A DNA stretch of 51,247 nt from a virus (taxonomy: Duplodnaviria > Caudoviricetes): positions 1 through 51,247 of the IMG/VR virus record IMGVR_UViG_3300005261_000065. One strand, written 5' to 3'. Positions within the stretch are counted from its first letter, which is position 1, and every line of letters begins with the position of its first letter. The notes beneath the pieces were generated by a model that saw only the letters and a program-made list of their open reading frames with translations, ran no database searches and was not told the DNA's origin. Both the position numbers and the translations under genes were made by a program. This document shows positions 17,498-26,646 of the stretch, in pieces.

Positions 17498-17674
17498 ATG
17501 TCAGCCAAGATAAAAGAGATACGGAGCGAACCCGTGAAGGATATCCGTAAAATGATTACAGATCTTCTTGTCGATGAAAATGTTATCAGTAAGACATTTA
17601 CCGGCAAGATCGTATTGAACTTCCATCGAGGCGGGTTGAATTCATCGAGCTGCGAGATAGCAAACCCGCTCTAA
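17498..17674 (+). CDS. small DUF2292-like protein (58 aa; not in ORF track)
   Basis: MSAKIKEIRS...FTGKIVLNFHRGG. Confidence 0.55.
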   Translation: MSAKIKEIRSEPVKDIRKMITDLLVDENVISKTFTGKIVLNFHRGGLNSSSCEIANPL

Positions 17675-17735
17675 CTCAATAAATCGAAGATCAGGCGGCC
17701 CATCGCGTTCTCTGCTTTTCGGCAGATCAAACAAG

Positions 17736-17784
17736 ACCCCGCATTATGCCAATCGACAGGCGTAGTGCGGGGTTTTGCATTTTT
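17736..17784 (+). terminator. intrinsic terminator
   Basis: ACCCCGCATTATGCC / GGCGTAGTGCGGGGT 15 bp stem plus T-rich tail. Confidence 0.75.
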
Positions 17785-17804
17785 GTCACCAGGAGGTTGT
17801 CACC

Positions 17805-17990
17805 ATGGCTGGAAAAGGCACGAGAGTACCACCGGTATCGAATGATGATTGGCAGGTTGAGGAAGATCTGCGGACGCTTTGCCGCGCCAGGGAAATCCAG
17901 AAAGACCATAAACGGATGGCCAAATGCACCGCCATGGCCAAGAAAAAGATGATGGACTTGGCTGTGGTGGCGGATGGCGATACGGAGTAA
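17805..17990 (+). CDS. hypothetical protein
   Basis: AGGAGG RBS; WQVEEDLRTLCRAREIQKD. Confidence 0.65.
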   Translation: MAGKGTRVPPVSNDDWQVEEDLRTLCRAREIQKDHKRMAKCTAMAKKKMMDLAVVADGDTE

Positions 17991-18015
17991 CCATTAAACA
18001 ACCGGGGAGAAAAGC

Positions 18016-18957
18016 ATGGGACAGGAAGCACTTGCAGCAGTAGCAGCAGCAGCGGAAGAGGCGGCGGTCAATCAGCCGACAGCGGCGGAGATCGAATATG
18101 CGGCGGCAGTAGCCCGTGGTGATGTCATTGAGCCACCAAAAGAGGAAGCAGTCGATCCGGCCATCCTGGCGGAAATCGCCAAGGAGGGAGATGAAGCGTT
18201 GCTCAATCAGCCCGCCATCGAGGAAAAAAAGGATGACGGTAATATTCCCCGAGCCCGCTTCAACGAGGTCAACGAGGAAAACAAGCGGCTGAGGGAGCAG
18301 TTGGAGGCACTCGCCCGGAACAAAGAAGTCCCCGTGGAAACTCAGCTGCCGGAACAGAAAATCGACGACCCACGGGAGAAGCTCAAGGATCTGCGCCGGC
18401 AGCAAAAAGAACTGGAAGTGGAGGGTGACCTGGACTCTGCCATCGCGCTGGGCGACCAGATCGACGAGTTGATTTTGGAGATAGCCACCGGCCGGGCCAA
18501 GACCAGCCTGCAGCAGGAAAACCAGACCACCAGGTTGCTGAGTTCGCTGGAGGAGGTGGCTGCCAAGGCTTACGAAAGTTATCCGTTCCTGGATATCAAT
18601 TCCGATTCCTGTGATCCGGATGCGGTGGTTGCGGTCAAGAGCAGAAGGGATGAGTTGATTGCCGGCGGCAAGTCGCCGATCGAGGCCCTGCAGACGGCCG
18701 TGAACGAAAAAGGCCCAAAATTCGCCAAGCTGCTGGGTATCCAGTCCGAGAGCGGATTGACCGCTGATCAGATCAGGGCGGCCAGAGAAAAAGAAGCCCG
18801 GGAGAGAGCCGCAAACGCCTCGCTTAACCAACCGGCTGAATTGCCCAGCAAGTCCGAGAAAAACTCGTTCGCCATCAACGTCAATTCACTTTCACCCGCC
18901 CAGATCAAAGCCATGCCGGAAGAGGAAAAGGCACGTTTGCGCGGTGATACTTTGTAG
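18016..18957 (+). CDS. capsid scaffolding protein
   Basis: Acidic coiled coil with IPRARFNEV; directly before capsid; ends KARLRGD. Confidence 0.8.
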   Translation: MGQEALAAVAAAAEEAAVNQPTAAEIEYAAAVARGDVIEPPKEEAVDPAILAEIAKEGDEALLNQPAIEEKKDDGNIPRARFNEVNEENKRLREQLEALARNKEVPVETQLPEQKIDDPREKLKDLRRQQKELEVEGDLDSAIALGDQIDELILEIATGRAKTSLQQENQTTRLLSSLEEVAAKAYESYPFLDINSDSCDPDAVVAVKSRRDELIAGGKSPIEALQTAVNEKGPKFAKLLGIQSESGLTADQIRAAREKEARERAANASLNQPAELPSKSEKNSFAINVNSLSPAQIKAMPEEEKARLRGDTL

Positions 18958-18973
18958 CATCAGAAGCAAGGCT

Positions 18974-19154
18974 TGCCCACTGACGGGCAGGGACCGACGC
19001 CCCTGAGAGGTCGTTTCCATCTGGATGATGTAAATCTCCCGTGTGCCAACCATGTAAGAGAGCCAGTGACCGACGCCTCTGTGAAGTGGTCGTTTCAGCC
19101 CGATGTGCCGGGCGTAAATCCGCACAAATCCATCCGTCAGTCTGAAACGACCAC
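18974..19154 (+). promoter_or_regulatory. structured leader with tandem motif upstream of the capsid gene
   Basis: Two GACCGACGC...GGTCGTTTC...GTAAATC units; 13 bp and 8 bp long-range complementarities. Confidence 0.55.
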
Positions 19155-19181
19155 ATTCAATTCACAAAGGAGCGTTACGTC

Positions 19182-20414
19182 ATGATTAAAATGTTACTGC
19201 AGCGGCTTGCCTTCTGGCTCAAGTCCGTCTACCTGTTCCCCTTCAGTATCCTTATGGGAAACATGACCAACTTCGGTCAACTCGATCCCGACAAAATCAA
19301 GTTCATCCAGAAAGAGATGCGGCACGAAATGGAGGCTGCTTCTTTCCTGCTGCCCCGCTTCTGCGGCAAGGGTCAGAACTTCCCCATTGAAAAGATCACC
19401 GAGCTGCGCCGTATGGAAGGCGGTGGCGAGGAATGTATCATGACGCTGGTCAATCACCTGGTGGGTGATGGCGGTGTCGGTTCCGTGGGGGGCAAACGCG
19501 AAGGCCGCGAAGAGAAGATGTTCAAGAGCCAGCAGAAGATCCATATCGATGAGATCTTTAACAGCGTTCGCAGTCAGGGCAAACTGGCCGAGCAGGGCAG
19601 CGTGGTCCAGTTCCGCAAGGAGGCCAAGCCGGCTCTGAAGTACTGGCACGCCAACCGTACCGATCAGCTGATCATGCTGACCGCCTCGGGTATCTCCTAC
19701 ACCTACAACCTGGATGGGTCTCTGCGTTCAAGCGTCCTGGATATGGATGGCAACCCGATCAGTTCGGATTTTTCGTCCCTGAGATTCGCTGCAGACGTCA
19801 AGGCCCCCTCAGCAAAGCGCCTCCGTCGTTGGGACGGAACCGCCAAAACGCTGGTGGCGGGTGATACATCGGCCATTACCACCGCCGACGTGCCGACCTA
19901 CAAGATGTTGCTGATGGCCAAGGCCTACGCCCGCACGCATCGCCTGATGCCTCTCCAAGCCGGTGGCAAGCAGTGGTATGTGGTGCTGATGCAGCCCTAC
20001 TCCCTCGCCATGCTGAAAAACGACCCGGACTACAAGAACGCGATTATTCAGGGTGGTGTCCGTGGTGACGACAACCCCTTCTTCTCCGGAGCTATCCCTA
20101 CCGTCGACGGCCTGCTGCTGGTCGAATACGAGTACGTCTATAACACCTCGGGGACATCGACAAAGTGGGGAGCCGGCAATGCCATCAACGGCACCCGTAC
20201 TCTGTTATGGGGAGCCCAGGCACTGGGTTACGCCGATTTGGAGGCCGGTGGCGAGCCGATCTACGAAGAGAAGTCGTTCGAGTACGGCACGCAGGACGGC
20301 ATCATGGTTTCAAAATTCCTGGGCATCCTCAAGCCTCAGTACTACAACACCTTTAATCGTTCGGTTGAAGACTTCTCCTGTCTCTGTATCGACCACTACA
20401 TGGAGCAGTACTAG
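19182..20414 (+). CDS. major capsid protein, N4-gp56/DUF4043 family
   Basis: TNFG..., ITEL, LVGDG, EGREE, DQLIMLTASGISY, NPFFSG, WGAQALG, YEEKSFEYG. Confidence 0.9.
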   Translation: MIKMLLQRLAFWLKSVYLFPFSILMGNMTNFGQLDPDKIKFIQKEMRHEMEAASFLLPRFCGKGQNFPIEKITELRRMEGGGEECIMTLVNHLVGDGGVGSVGGKREGREEKMFKSQQKIHIDEIFNSVRSQGKLAEQGSVVQFRKEAKPALKYWHANRTDQLIMLTASGISYTYNLDGSLRSSVLDMDGNPISSDFSSLRFAADVKAPSAKRLRRWDGTAKTLVAGDTSAITTADVPTYKMLLMAKAYARTHRLMPLQAGGKQWYVVLMQPYSLAMLKNDPDYKNAIIQGGVRGDDNPFFSGAIPTVDGLLLVEYEYVYNTSGTSTKWGAGNAINGTRTLLWGAQALGYADLEAGGEPIYEEKSFEYGTQDGIMVSKFLGILKPQYYNTFNRSVEDFSCLCIDHYMEQY

Positions 20415-20513
20415 CCATTGACCGGGGATAATTGTGGCGGGGTGGCGTCCCGGTTCGCCTGATTCAATTCAAGCTCCGCCGACCATTAACTGTTTCTGTA
20501 AAGGAGAAGGGAT

Positions 20514-20924
20514 ATGGCTTTTACAAAGAACGTCGCTCGTAAAGGACAGTTTGTCGCAGAGGTATTGATTCTGATCGCTGATCTGGTTTCGGCGGCGGAA
20601 AAAGCGGTCATCGACATGCCGGCCGGCACTGTTATCGATGATGTGTACGTAGCCGTGGACGAGGTTGCCAATCCGACCACGTCGGCGGTGATCGAATTCG
20701 GACTGACCGGCGCCACGGCCACCTTTGTGGCCAGCCAGAACATTTTCACCGGCCAGACCCTGGGTGGCCGGGCCGGTGCGGTTACCGGCAGGGGTTACCG
20801 TTTTACCGCTCCCGCGTCGATCGTTGCCAAGTACACCAGCGGTGGAGGCCAGGCTACCACCGGCAAAGTCCGCCTGATCGTTGAGCATCACTACGAGAAC
20901 GAGGCGGATTTTACCGTCGGATAA
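20514..20924 (+). CDS. putative capsid decoration/cement protein
   Basis: Beta-rich 136 aa protein after MCP; MPAGTVI...ATTGKVRLIVE. Confidence 0.6.
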   Translation: MAFTKNVARKGQFVAEVLILIADLVSAAEKAVIDMPAGTVIDDVYVAVDEVANPTTSAVIEFGLTGATATFVASQNIFTGQTLGGRAGAVTGRGYRFTAPASIVAKYTSGGGQATTGKVRLIVEHHYENEADFTVG

Positions 20925-20942
20925 CAATGACCGGATAACCAT

Positions 20943-20967
20943 GTAGAGGCGCATTTCGCGCCTCTAC
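20943..20967. other. perfect intergenic hairpin
   Basis: GTAGAGGCGC-ATTTC-GCGCCTCTAC; no U tract. Confidence 0.6.
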
Positions 20968-21001
20968 CCTCTTAAACAATTATCAACCGGAGGAATACAG
21001 A

Positions 21002-21478
21002 ATGGCGAAATATTGCGTTTTACCCGGCCAGGAGCCGGTGCGGCTGGCATCATTGAGCGGCCATGTCGTTATCATCGGGGAAGAGCCGCGTGAAATACCG
21101 GAAATGTTCCATGCCGAGGCCCGGGCCGCCGGCTGCATGAGCGATGATGAACTGGAGTTGCTGAAAAAGCGATTACTCGGTGGACTTACCGATGGTCAGC
21201 AGCAGTCTCTGACCGGCGGCTCGTCAGGCGGATCGCCTGCGCCTGCGCCTTCCGGGACGGATGACAGTTTCCCTCCACCCCCGGGGGGAGATCAGCAGAC
21301 AAACGACATCGATCGTGCCGAGAAAATCAAGGCGGCGGTGATTGAATTGATCAATGCCGGCAACCCGAATGATTTCACCGGCAATGGAAGCCCCAAGGTG
21401 GAGTCTCTGAAAGAAAAGCTCGGTTTCGAAGTTACCGGCCCGGAGCGTGATGCAGCCTATGAGGCGGCCAAGGGGTAA
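21002..21478 (+). CDS. hypothetical head-region protein
   Basis: RBS; C-terminal DFTGNGSPKVESLKEKLGFEVT domain. Confidence 0.7.
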   Translation: MAKYCVLPGQEPVRLASLSGHVVIIGEEPREIPEMFHAEARAAGCMSDDELELLKKRLLGGLTDGQQQSLTGGSSGGSPAPAPSGTDDSFPPPPGGDQQTNDIDRAEKIKAAVIELINAGNPNDFTGNGSPKVESLKEKLGFEVTGPERDAAYEAAKG

Positions 21479-21481
21479 GGG

Positions 21482-22165
21482 ATGGATATCAAGGGACTGG
21501 TTACGCGCATCAGGACAGAGTTTCTGGACGATGCCACGGGCAGCGGCGAGGATGATTATCTGTGGAAGACGGTGCATATCGTTTCCTCGTTATCGCAGGC
21601 CGAACGGGAACTGTGCCGGCGCCTGTATCTGCTGAGTGATTCAACGACAGCGGAGATCTGCCGGTTTGATATTACCGCGGTCGATGGCATTTTCCCCAGG
21701 ACCTGCGCCATTGACAGCCGTATCCTGCGCATCGAGCGGTTGAAATTCCCCGGCGTAACCAGGCCCCTTGATCAAACCACCATCGACAAGCTGGACGAGC
21801 GGGATCCGGGATGGGACGAATCCGGCGGCACGCCGACCCATTATATTGTCGACAGCGACGATTTCACTGTCACCTTCAATCGCCAGCCGACATCCGGGGG
21901 CGCGGTCTCCATGACCGTCAAAAGGCTGCCGAAGGTGCCGATTGTCGAAAAGATCACTTCCGAATCCCCGGAGTTGAAGCAACTGGATGACGAACTGATC
22001 CACGGCGCCATGAAGTATCTCTATATCAAACCAGATCTGGAGGGGTATGATCCGAACCTGTCCGCCAAATGGGCAAAGCAGTTCGAAGCCGATATCGATC
22101 TGATCAACCAGAACCGGGCCGCGATGAATCCACGGGAGTGTGTCTGTAAACCGGAGAGGTTCTGA
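21482..22165 (+). CDS. head-tail adaptor protein
   Basis: RIRTEFLDD...YLW...AERELCRR, W...GTPTHY; position. Confidence 0.65.
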   Translation: MDIKGLVTRIRTEFLDDATGSGEDDYLWKTVHIVSSLSQAERELCRRLYLLSDSTTAEICRFDITAVDGIFPRTCAIDSRILRIERLKFPGVTRPLDQTTIDKLDERDPGWDESGGTPTHYIVDSDDFTVTFNRQPTSGGAVSMTVKRLPKVPIVEKITSESPELKQLDDELIHGAMKYLYIKPDLEGYDPNLSAKWAKQFEADIDLINQNRAAMNPRECVCKPERF

Positions 22166-22914
22166 TGAAACCCGCCACCTTTGTCTTCTCCGGCATGAAC
22201 AACGTCTCGGACCCGGCCGATATCGATTGCCGCAACCCGAAGAGCAGCCAATACGGACAGTGCGTCGACCTGGTCAACGTCGATTGCGACAACGACGGCG
22301 GGATTGCCCGGCGCAAGGGGCTGATCACCGGCCTGGTGCAGCACCCGGTCACCGAGATCATGGGCAGCCGCAATTACTGGGCGGTGGGCAATACCGTCTA
22401 TTGCAGCAAGGCCTTGTCGGATGACGAGGATCAGCGTTTCAGTACGGTCATCTCCCTTGACGATATGATTACCATGATTCGGCGGGTGGACGGTGGCTTG
22501 TTCGTCGGCAGTACGAAGGAACTGCATTTCCTGGCGGGTACGGACCCCCAGGCAGGCGACGGTTTCAGCGATGTGTGGACCCTGCCCTATGGCGTGATCA
22601 TGGGCACAGGCATGCATGTTCGCGGCGAACTGGTGCCGCAATCACAGTTCGCGGGCAACTGCTGCATCTTTGCGTCGCACCGGGGAGTAATTGTTGGCGG
22701 CCCGGGAGGGCAGATCCATAATCTTTCCCAGAATAAGGTCTCTTATGAGTACGGCTTGTCCGGCAAGGCCATGATCCGCGAGGAAAACGGCCTGGTCCAT
22801 TACCTGTTCACTACCTCGGCGACCAATCCGGCCTACAACCGTCTCGATCCGATCGTCCTGACCCTCCACGGCATCTCGCAAGAGTCGCTATCCCTCTACG
22901 AAAACCATATTTGA
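22165..22914 (+). CDS. virion structural (tail tubular-like) protein
   Basis: FSGMNNV...NVDCDNDGGIARRKG N-terminus typical of podovirus nozzle proteins; short. Confidence 0.55.
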   Translation: MKPATFVFSGMNNVSDPADIDCRNPKSSQYGQCVDLVNVDCDNDGGIARRKGLITGLVQHPVTEIMGSRNYWAVGNTVYCSKALSDDEDQRFSTVISLDDMITMIRRVDGGLFVGSTKELHFLAGTDPQAGDGFSDVWTLPYGVIMGTGMHVRGELVPQSQFAGNCCIFASHRGVIVGGPGGQIHNLSQNKVSYEYGLSGKAMIREENGLVHYLFTTSATNPAYNRLDPIVLTLHGISQESLSLYENHI

Positions 22915-22932
22915 CAACAAAAGGAGTCCTCC

Positions 22933-23736
22933 ATGCCCCTGCAACTATCCGCAAAACTCGCCAAACTGATCGCCGACGGACTCCCTATCCGGTCGGCTGT
23001 CGGCAACTTCAAACGCCTGATCTACTCCGGCACTATGCCGGCTACGGCCGACAGCGCCATCAACGGCACCCTGCTGGCAACCCTGACGAAGAACGGCGGG
23101 GCGGCAACCTTCGAGGTCCCCCCCCGCTGGAAGGTCACCATCGGTGGCAGCATGGGCGGCACGGTCACTATCAAGATGGGCGGGGCGCCGATCCACGCCG
23201 CTGTTACGTCCGTAACCGATGCCACCACCACGGCGGCCTTGTTGGCGACAGCTATCAACGGCACGCTGATCAAGGCCTTCTGCGGGTTCACAGCCACCTC
23301 CACGGGCGCCGATCTGTTCGTTATCGGCCCGGTCGGCAGCGGCGCCAGCCTGAACGCCCTGGTCTGCTCCAGCGCCGTCACGTCCTCGGTTACCGCAACC
23401 GTGGCATCGGCCGGCCTGCCGGACGGCACGAACGGCACAACCCTGGGGGTCGATGCGGTCAACTGCTGTAACTTCGACGCCCGGGCGGTCAATGGCCTGC
23501 TGACCTCGACGGAGACCTGGCAGGACGCTTCCGCCGATGCCTCCGGAACGGCCACCTGGTACCGCGATATCTATGACGCCTCGGACGTGGGGGCGGCCTC
23601 CACGGCCTTCCTGCGCAAGCAGGGCACGATCACCAGTATCGGCGGTGGCGGGGATTTTGAACTCTCCTCGACCACGATCACGGCCACAACCCCGATATCG
23701 GCTACCGGGGCGACGTTCACGGTGCCATCCACATAG
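22933..23736 (+). CDS. virion structural protein
   Basis: LIYSGTMPATAD...ASGTATWYR...QG motif; Ala/Thr/Gly-rich. Confidence 0.7.
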   Translation: MPLQLSAKLAKLIADGLPIRSAVGNFKRLIYSGTMPATADSAINGTLLATLTKNGGAATFEVPPRWKVTIGGSMGGTVTIKMGGAPIHAAVTSVTDATTTAALLATAINGTLIKAFCGFTATSTGADLFVIGPVGSGASLNALVCSSAVTSSVTATVASAGLPDGTNGTTLGVDAVNCCNFDARAVNGLLTSTETWQDASADASGTATWYRDIYDASDVGAASTAFLRKQGTITSIGGGGDFELSSTTITATTPISATGATFTVPST

Positions 23737-23748
23737 GCGGGGCTGGTT

Positions 23749-24486
23749 ATGGCTGAGTCAATCTCCCTGAAGGAGTTTCTCTCCGGCACCGCCGCGCTGG
23801 CGGCCTATGGTTCGGAAAAGATCGTTTTTTCCGAATCGGCCGGCGGCGATGTTGCCGAGTTCGGTTTATCAAACGAAACACTGTCTTTTACGGAACATCT
23901 TGCTGGTTCGCTGCCGATCCTGGGTGCCTCCCGCGAATCCCTGTCGTTTTCGGAAACGGCCCTGGCCGGGATGTGGGGTCAAAGCGCCGAATCGATATCG
24001 TTTGCCGAATTCGGCCGGGCGGTTCTGCCGGTTGATGGCTTCACCCGGGAATGCCTTTCGTTCGGCGAGAAGTTGCACGGTGTCCTGGTCGAGACGGATG
24101 ACGGGGTTGTCTGGGTCGTCAATCTGAAGACCGGTGGGCATTCGCGCTATACCGGCGACCTGACAGGAACAACTCCTGTCGATGCCTATGTGGTTACGCC
24201 GGTCGACCAGTTGGGCGGCATGATGGCCAAGCATGTGCCGGACGCTTATTTACACCTGCGATGCGACGGCGATATGGAAATAACAACCGTCACGGATGAG
24301 CAGACCGTTCGGGATGGCTATTTTGTCGAAAGAGACAGCCGAGAGGGTGTTCATCGAAGGCGGAGAAAACTGGCCAGGGGGATCAAAAGCTCCAACTGGC
24401 AGTTCAAGATAGCGAACCTGGGCGGCGCGGACTTCACGCTCAAGTCAATGGAGGTCCTGCCGGTCATGTCCCAGCGGGTAAAATGA
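23749..24486 (+). CDS. virion structural protein
   Basis: Repeated ESLSF.E units; WVVNL, KLARGIKS.NWQF. Confidence 0.6.
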   Translation: MAESISLKEFLSGTAALAAYGSEKIVFSESAGGDVAEFGLSNETLSFTEHLAGSLPILGASRESLSFSETALAGMWGQSAESISFAEFGRAVLPVDGFTRECLSFGEKLHGVLVETDDGVVWVVNLKTGGHSRYTGDLTGTTPVDAYVVTPVDQLGGMMAKHVPDAYLHLRCDGDMEITTVTDEQTVRDGYFVERDSREGVHRRRRKLARGIKSSNWQFKIANLGGADFTLKSMEVLPVMSQRVK

Positions 24487-26354
24487 TGATCCAGCCGACC
24501 AGCGAAAAGGCCGCCGAGTATCTCTGGTTCGGCAAGAAATGCCTGGAGCATGCCCGCGCTACCGGCTCCAGCGGCACGCGGGCCTTCGTTGACGGGATCT
24601 ATACCATCATCTGCAAGTACACCCCACACAAGGCAATCCTGATCGATATCGGCGGGGGAAAATTCCTCAGTCATCCCCGTTCCGGATCTCTCAAATTGCT
24701 CCCTTATTTTGACAACGAGATGAACCAGTACTACCTGGCGGCTATCAATGGCGGCGGTTACGGCAAAAACAAGGATGGATGGTACGAGCTTGCCAATCGC
24801 ACCCCCTACCCGCTTCAGGACAACGACCGCGGCACGTTTCTGATCGATGGCGACGACAAATCCGGCTGCGAAGTGGAGTGGGCCGGATCGGACAGCGAGA
24901 ACTACGGCAATATCTGGTGGATCGGCCAGGGTGAAAATCCGCCCGTAGTATCATGGCGTGGCCCACCCAACATATTACTCACTCCCTCAGCGACTCTCTC
25001 GATTCCCGGTCTGACTGCCTTGGAAACGAACTTCGGCGATAAACCGGCATACACATGTTTTGGTGTTGACGTGTATCAATCCGGTTCAGTGTTGGCCACC
25101 TGCCCCTCCATAGCGCCGCCATTGTTGGGAGGTTCGGTACAGGTGCCCAACTTGGTGGCCGGAGCCGCTATTGCCTATAATGGACAACTTCTGTGCGCCG
25201 TGGTTTCCAATTACGGCGATTACAGCGCAGGCTTCAAACTGACTGTAGCGATATATAACGGATCGGCCTGGCGGCTGTTGTCCGGGCAATTTGATTGCGG
25301 AAAGTTGCGAACTCCGGCGTTTTTCAGCAGTGATGCAAAGACATTAATACTTGACAACAAGAAGTATCAAATAAGTGATGACCTGCAAAATGTCACATGT
25401 ACCGGTAGTGCCGATATGACCGCATCAGGAACGCGCACGATTGTGGGCACGGGTGGTTACAGCAGCGAGTATCACTACAACGGCAATGCAAAACTGTGGC
25501 CGGGAATGACATCATCCGGCGGGATTGGTGTCACAACGCTCACGGCAACCGCGGCGTTTACCGGTTCGGGCAGCTCGGGGCAGACAACGACCAAGAAACG
25601 GGTGCCGGTGTATACAGGAAACCCCGCTACAGATGTCATTGTGTATCCTGATGGAAGCAAAGGGCCTGGAAAGTGCCAAGACGGCAATGATTACCTTGAA
25701 GGTTTTACGGCTGAGGCCAATGGTGCGTATTGCAGTATGCAATGGAGTGGTGTGCAGTGTTTCGAGGGTAATAGGGCGACCAGAAAAATAGGCACGTGCA
25801 ACGACAGTTTCTCAATAACGGTTACTTTGCAACCCCAAGGAATAACTGGTACCTATTCCCGCGCGGTCCGAGTGGAGGAAGTTGCCTTAATAGGACCACT
25901 ACAGCCGTATGTTGGCGCTGGCTATATTCTCCAAAATGCTCAAGGTTACGTTACATGGACCATATCTGGCGGGACCATGAGCGCCGGGGGGACTATCACC
26001 AGCTTGACGGATGATATGTGCATGCAGCGTGTGGTTACTGGCACTGACGCCTGCGGTGCATCAGCTAGTTTGACATTAATTTCGTTATCATGTCCGGAAC
26101 ACACCTATCACAAAAAGCTGATTTGTGACGAAAATTATACGGATGGTGTATTTGAGACGTTAGAAGCTGATCAAGAAGCATGGCGGTATTACAACGGATA
26201 TTATAAGCAGTGGATACGTTACACCGGTTTTACCCGCAGTATTTTATCGCCGTGCTGCCCACCTAGCGAACAGGGTGGCAGCCATGCGCCGTTTGGACAG
26301 GTTGGTACCTGGACCTGTGCCTGTACCGCAGCCAGTTCCGAGGAGTGCAGTTAA
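24483..26354 (+). CDS. Cys-rich putative tail/receptor-binding protein
   Basis: 623 aa, Gly/Ser/Thr beta-rich, many Cys in the C-terminal half. Confidence 0.6.
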   Translation: MMIQPTSEKAAEYLWFGKKCLEHARATGSSGTRAFVDGIYTIICKYTPHKAILIDIGGGKFLSHPRSGSLKLLPYFDNEMNQYYLAAINGGGYGKNKDGWYELANRTPYPLQDNDRGTFLIDGDDKSGCEVEWAGSDSENYGNIWWIGQGENPPVVSWRGPPNILLTPSATLSIPGLTALETNFGDKPAYTCFGVDVYQSGSVLATCPSIAPPLLGGSVQVPNLVAGAAIAYNGQLLCAVVSNYGDYSAGFKLTVAIYNGSAWRLLSGQFDCGKLRTPAFFSSDAKTLILDNKKYQISDDLQNVTCTGSADMTASGTRTIVGTGGYSSEYHYNGNAKLWPGMTSSGGIGVTTLTATAAFTGSGSSGQTTTKKRVPVYTGNPATDVIVYPDGSKGPGKCQDGNDYLEGFTAEANGAYCSMQWSGVQCFEGNRATRKIGTCNDSFSITVTLQPQGITGTYSRAVRVEEVALIGPLQPYVGAGYILQNAQGYVTWTISGGTMSAGGTITSLTDDMCMQRVVTGTDACGASASLTLISLSCPEHTYHKKLICDENYTDGVFETLEADQEAWRYYNGYYKQWIRYTGFTRSILSPCCPPSEQGGSHAPFGQVGTWTCACTAASSEECS

Positions 26355-26360
26355 AGTCAA

Positions 26361-26645
26361 ATGATAAATATCTACTCAAAAACAATAATTTATAGTTTGT
26401 ACTCCCAGCCCGTCCCGTATGCGGAATTCACTGAGACGCCTCGTGTTGATCCAGTGAATTACTATTCAATTCTGGGTGTTTTGCGCTTGTTACCTGAAGG
26501 GTTAAATCTGGAAGAAGTTTACCAATATTATTTGGCGGAAATTGATAAAGCATCGTCGGCCCCTCGCATTGTTAACCCATTAGAAATACAAGGAGCTATG
26601 AGGACGCACAGCTGTGGCTCCTGTGGCGGAGGTAAGGTAAAATAG
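26361..26645 (+). CDS. hypothetical protein
   Basis: AT-rich; ends SCGSCGGGKVK. Confidence 0.6.
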   Translation: MINIYSKTIIYSLYSQPVPYAEFTETPRVDPVNYYSILGVLRLLPEGLNLEEVYQYYLAEIDKASSAPRIVNPLEIQGAMRTHSCGSCGGGKVK

Positions 26646-26646
26646 T

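Noticed and set aside
18974-19154. Hammerhead or pistol ribozyme
   Set aside because: Conserved cores (CUGANGA/GAAA; pistol P2/P3) not found on either strand by eye
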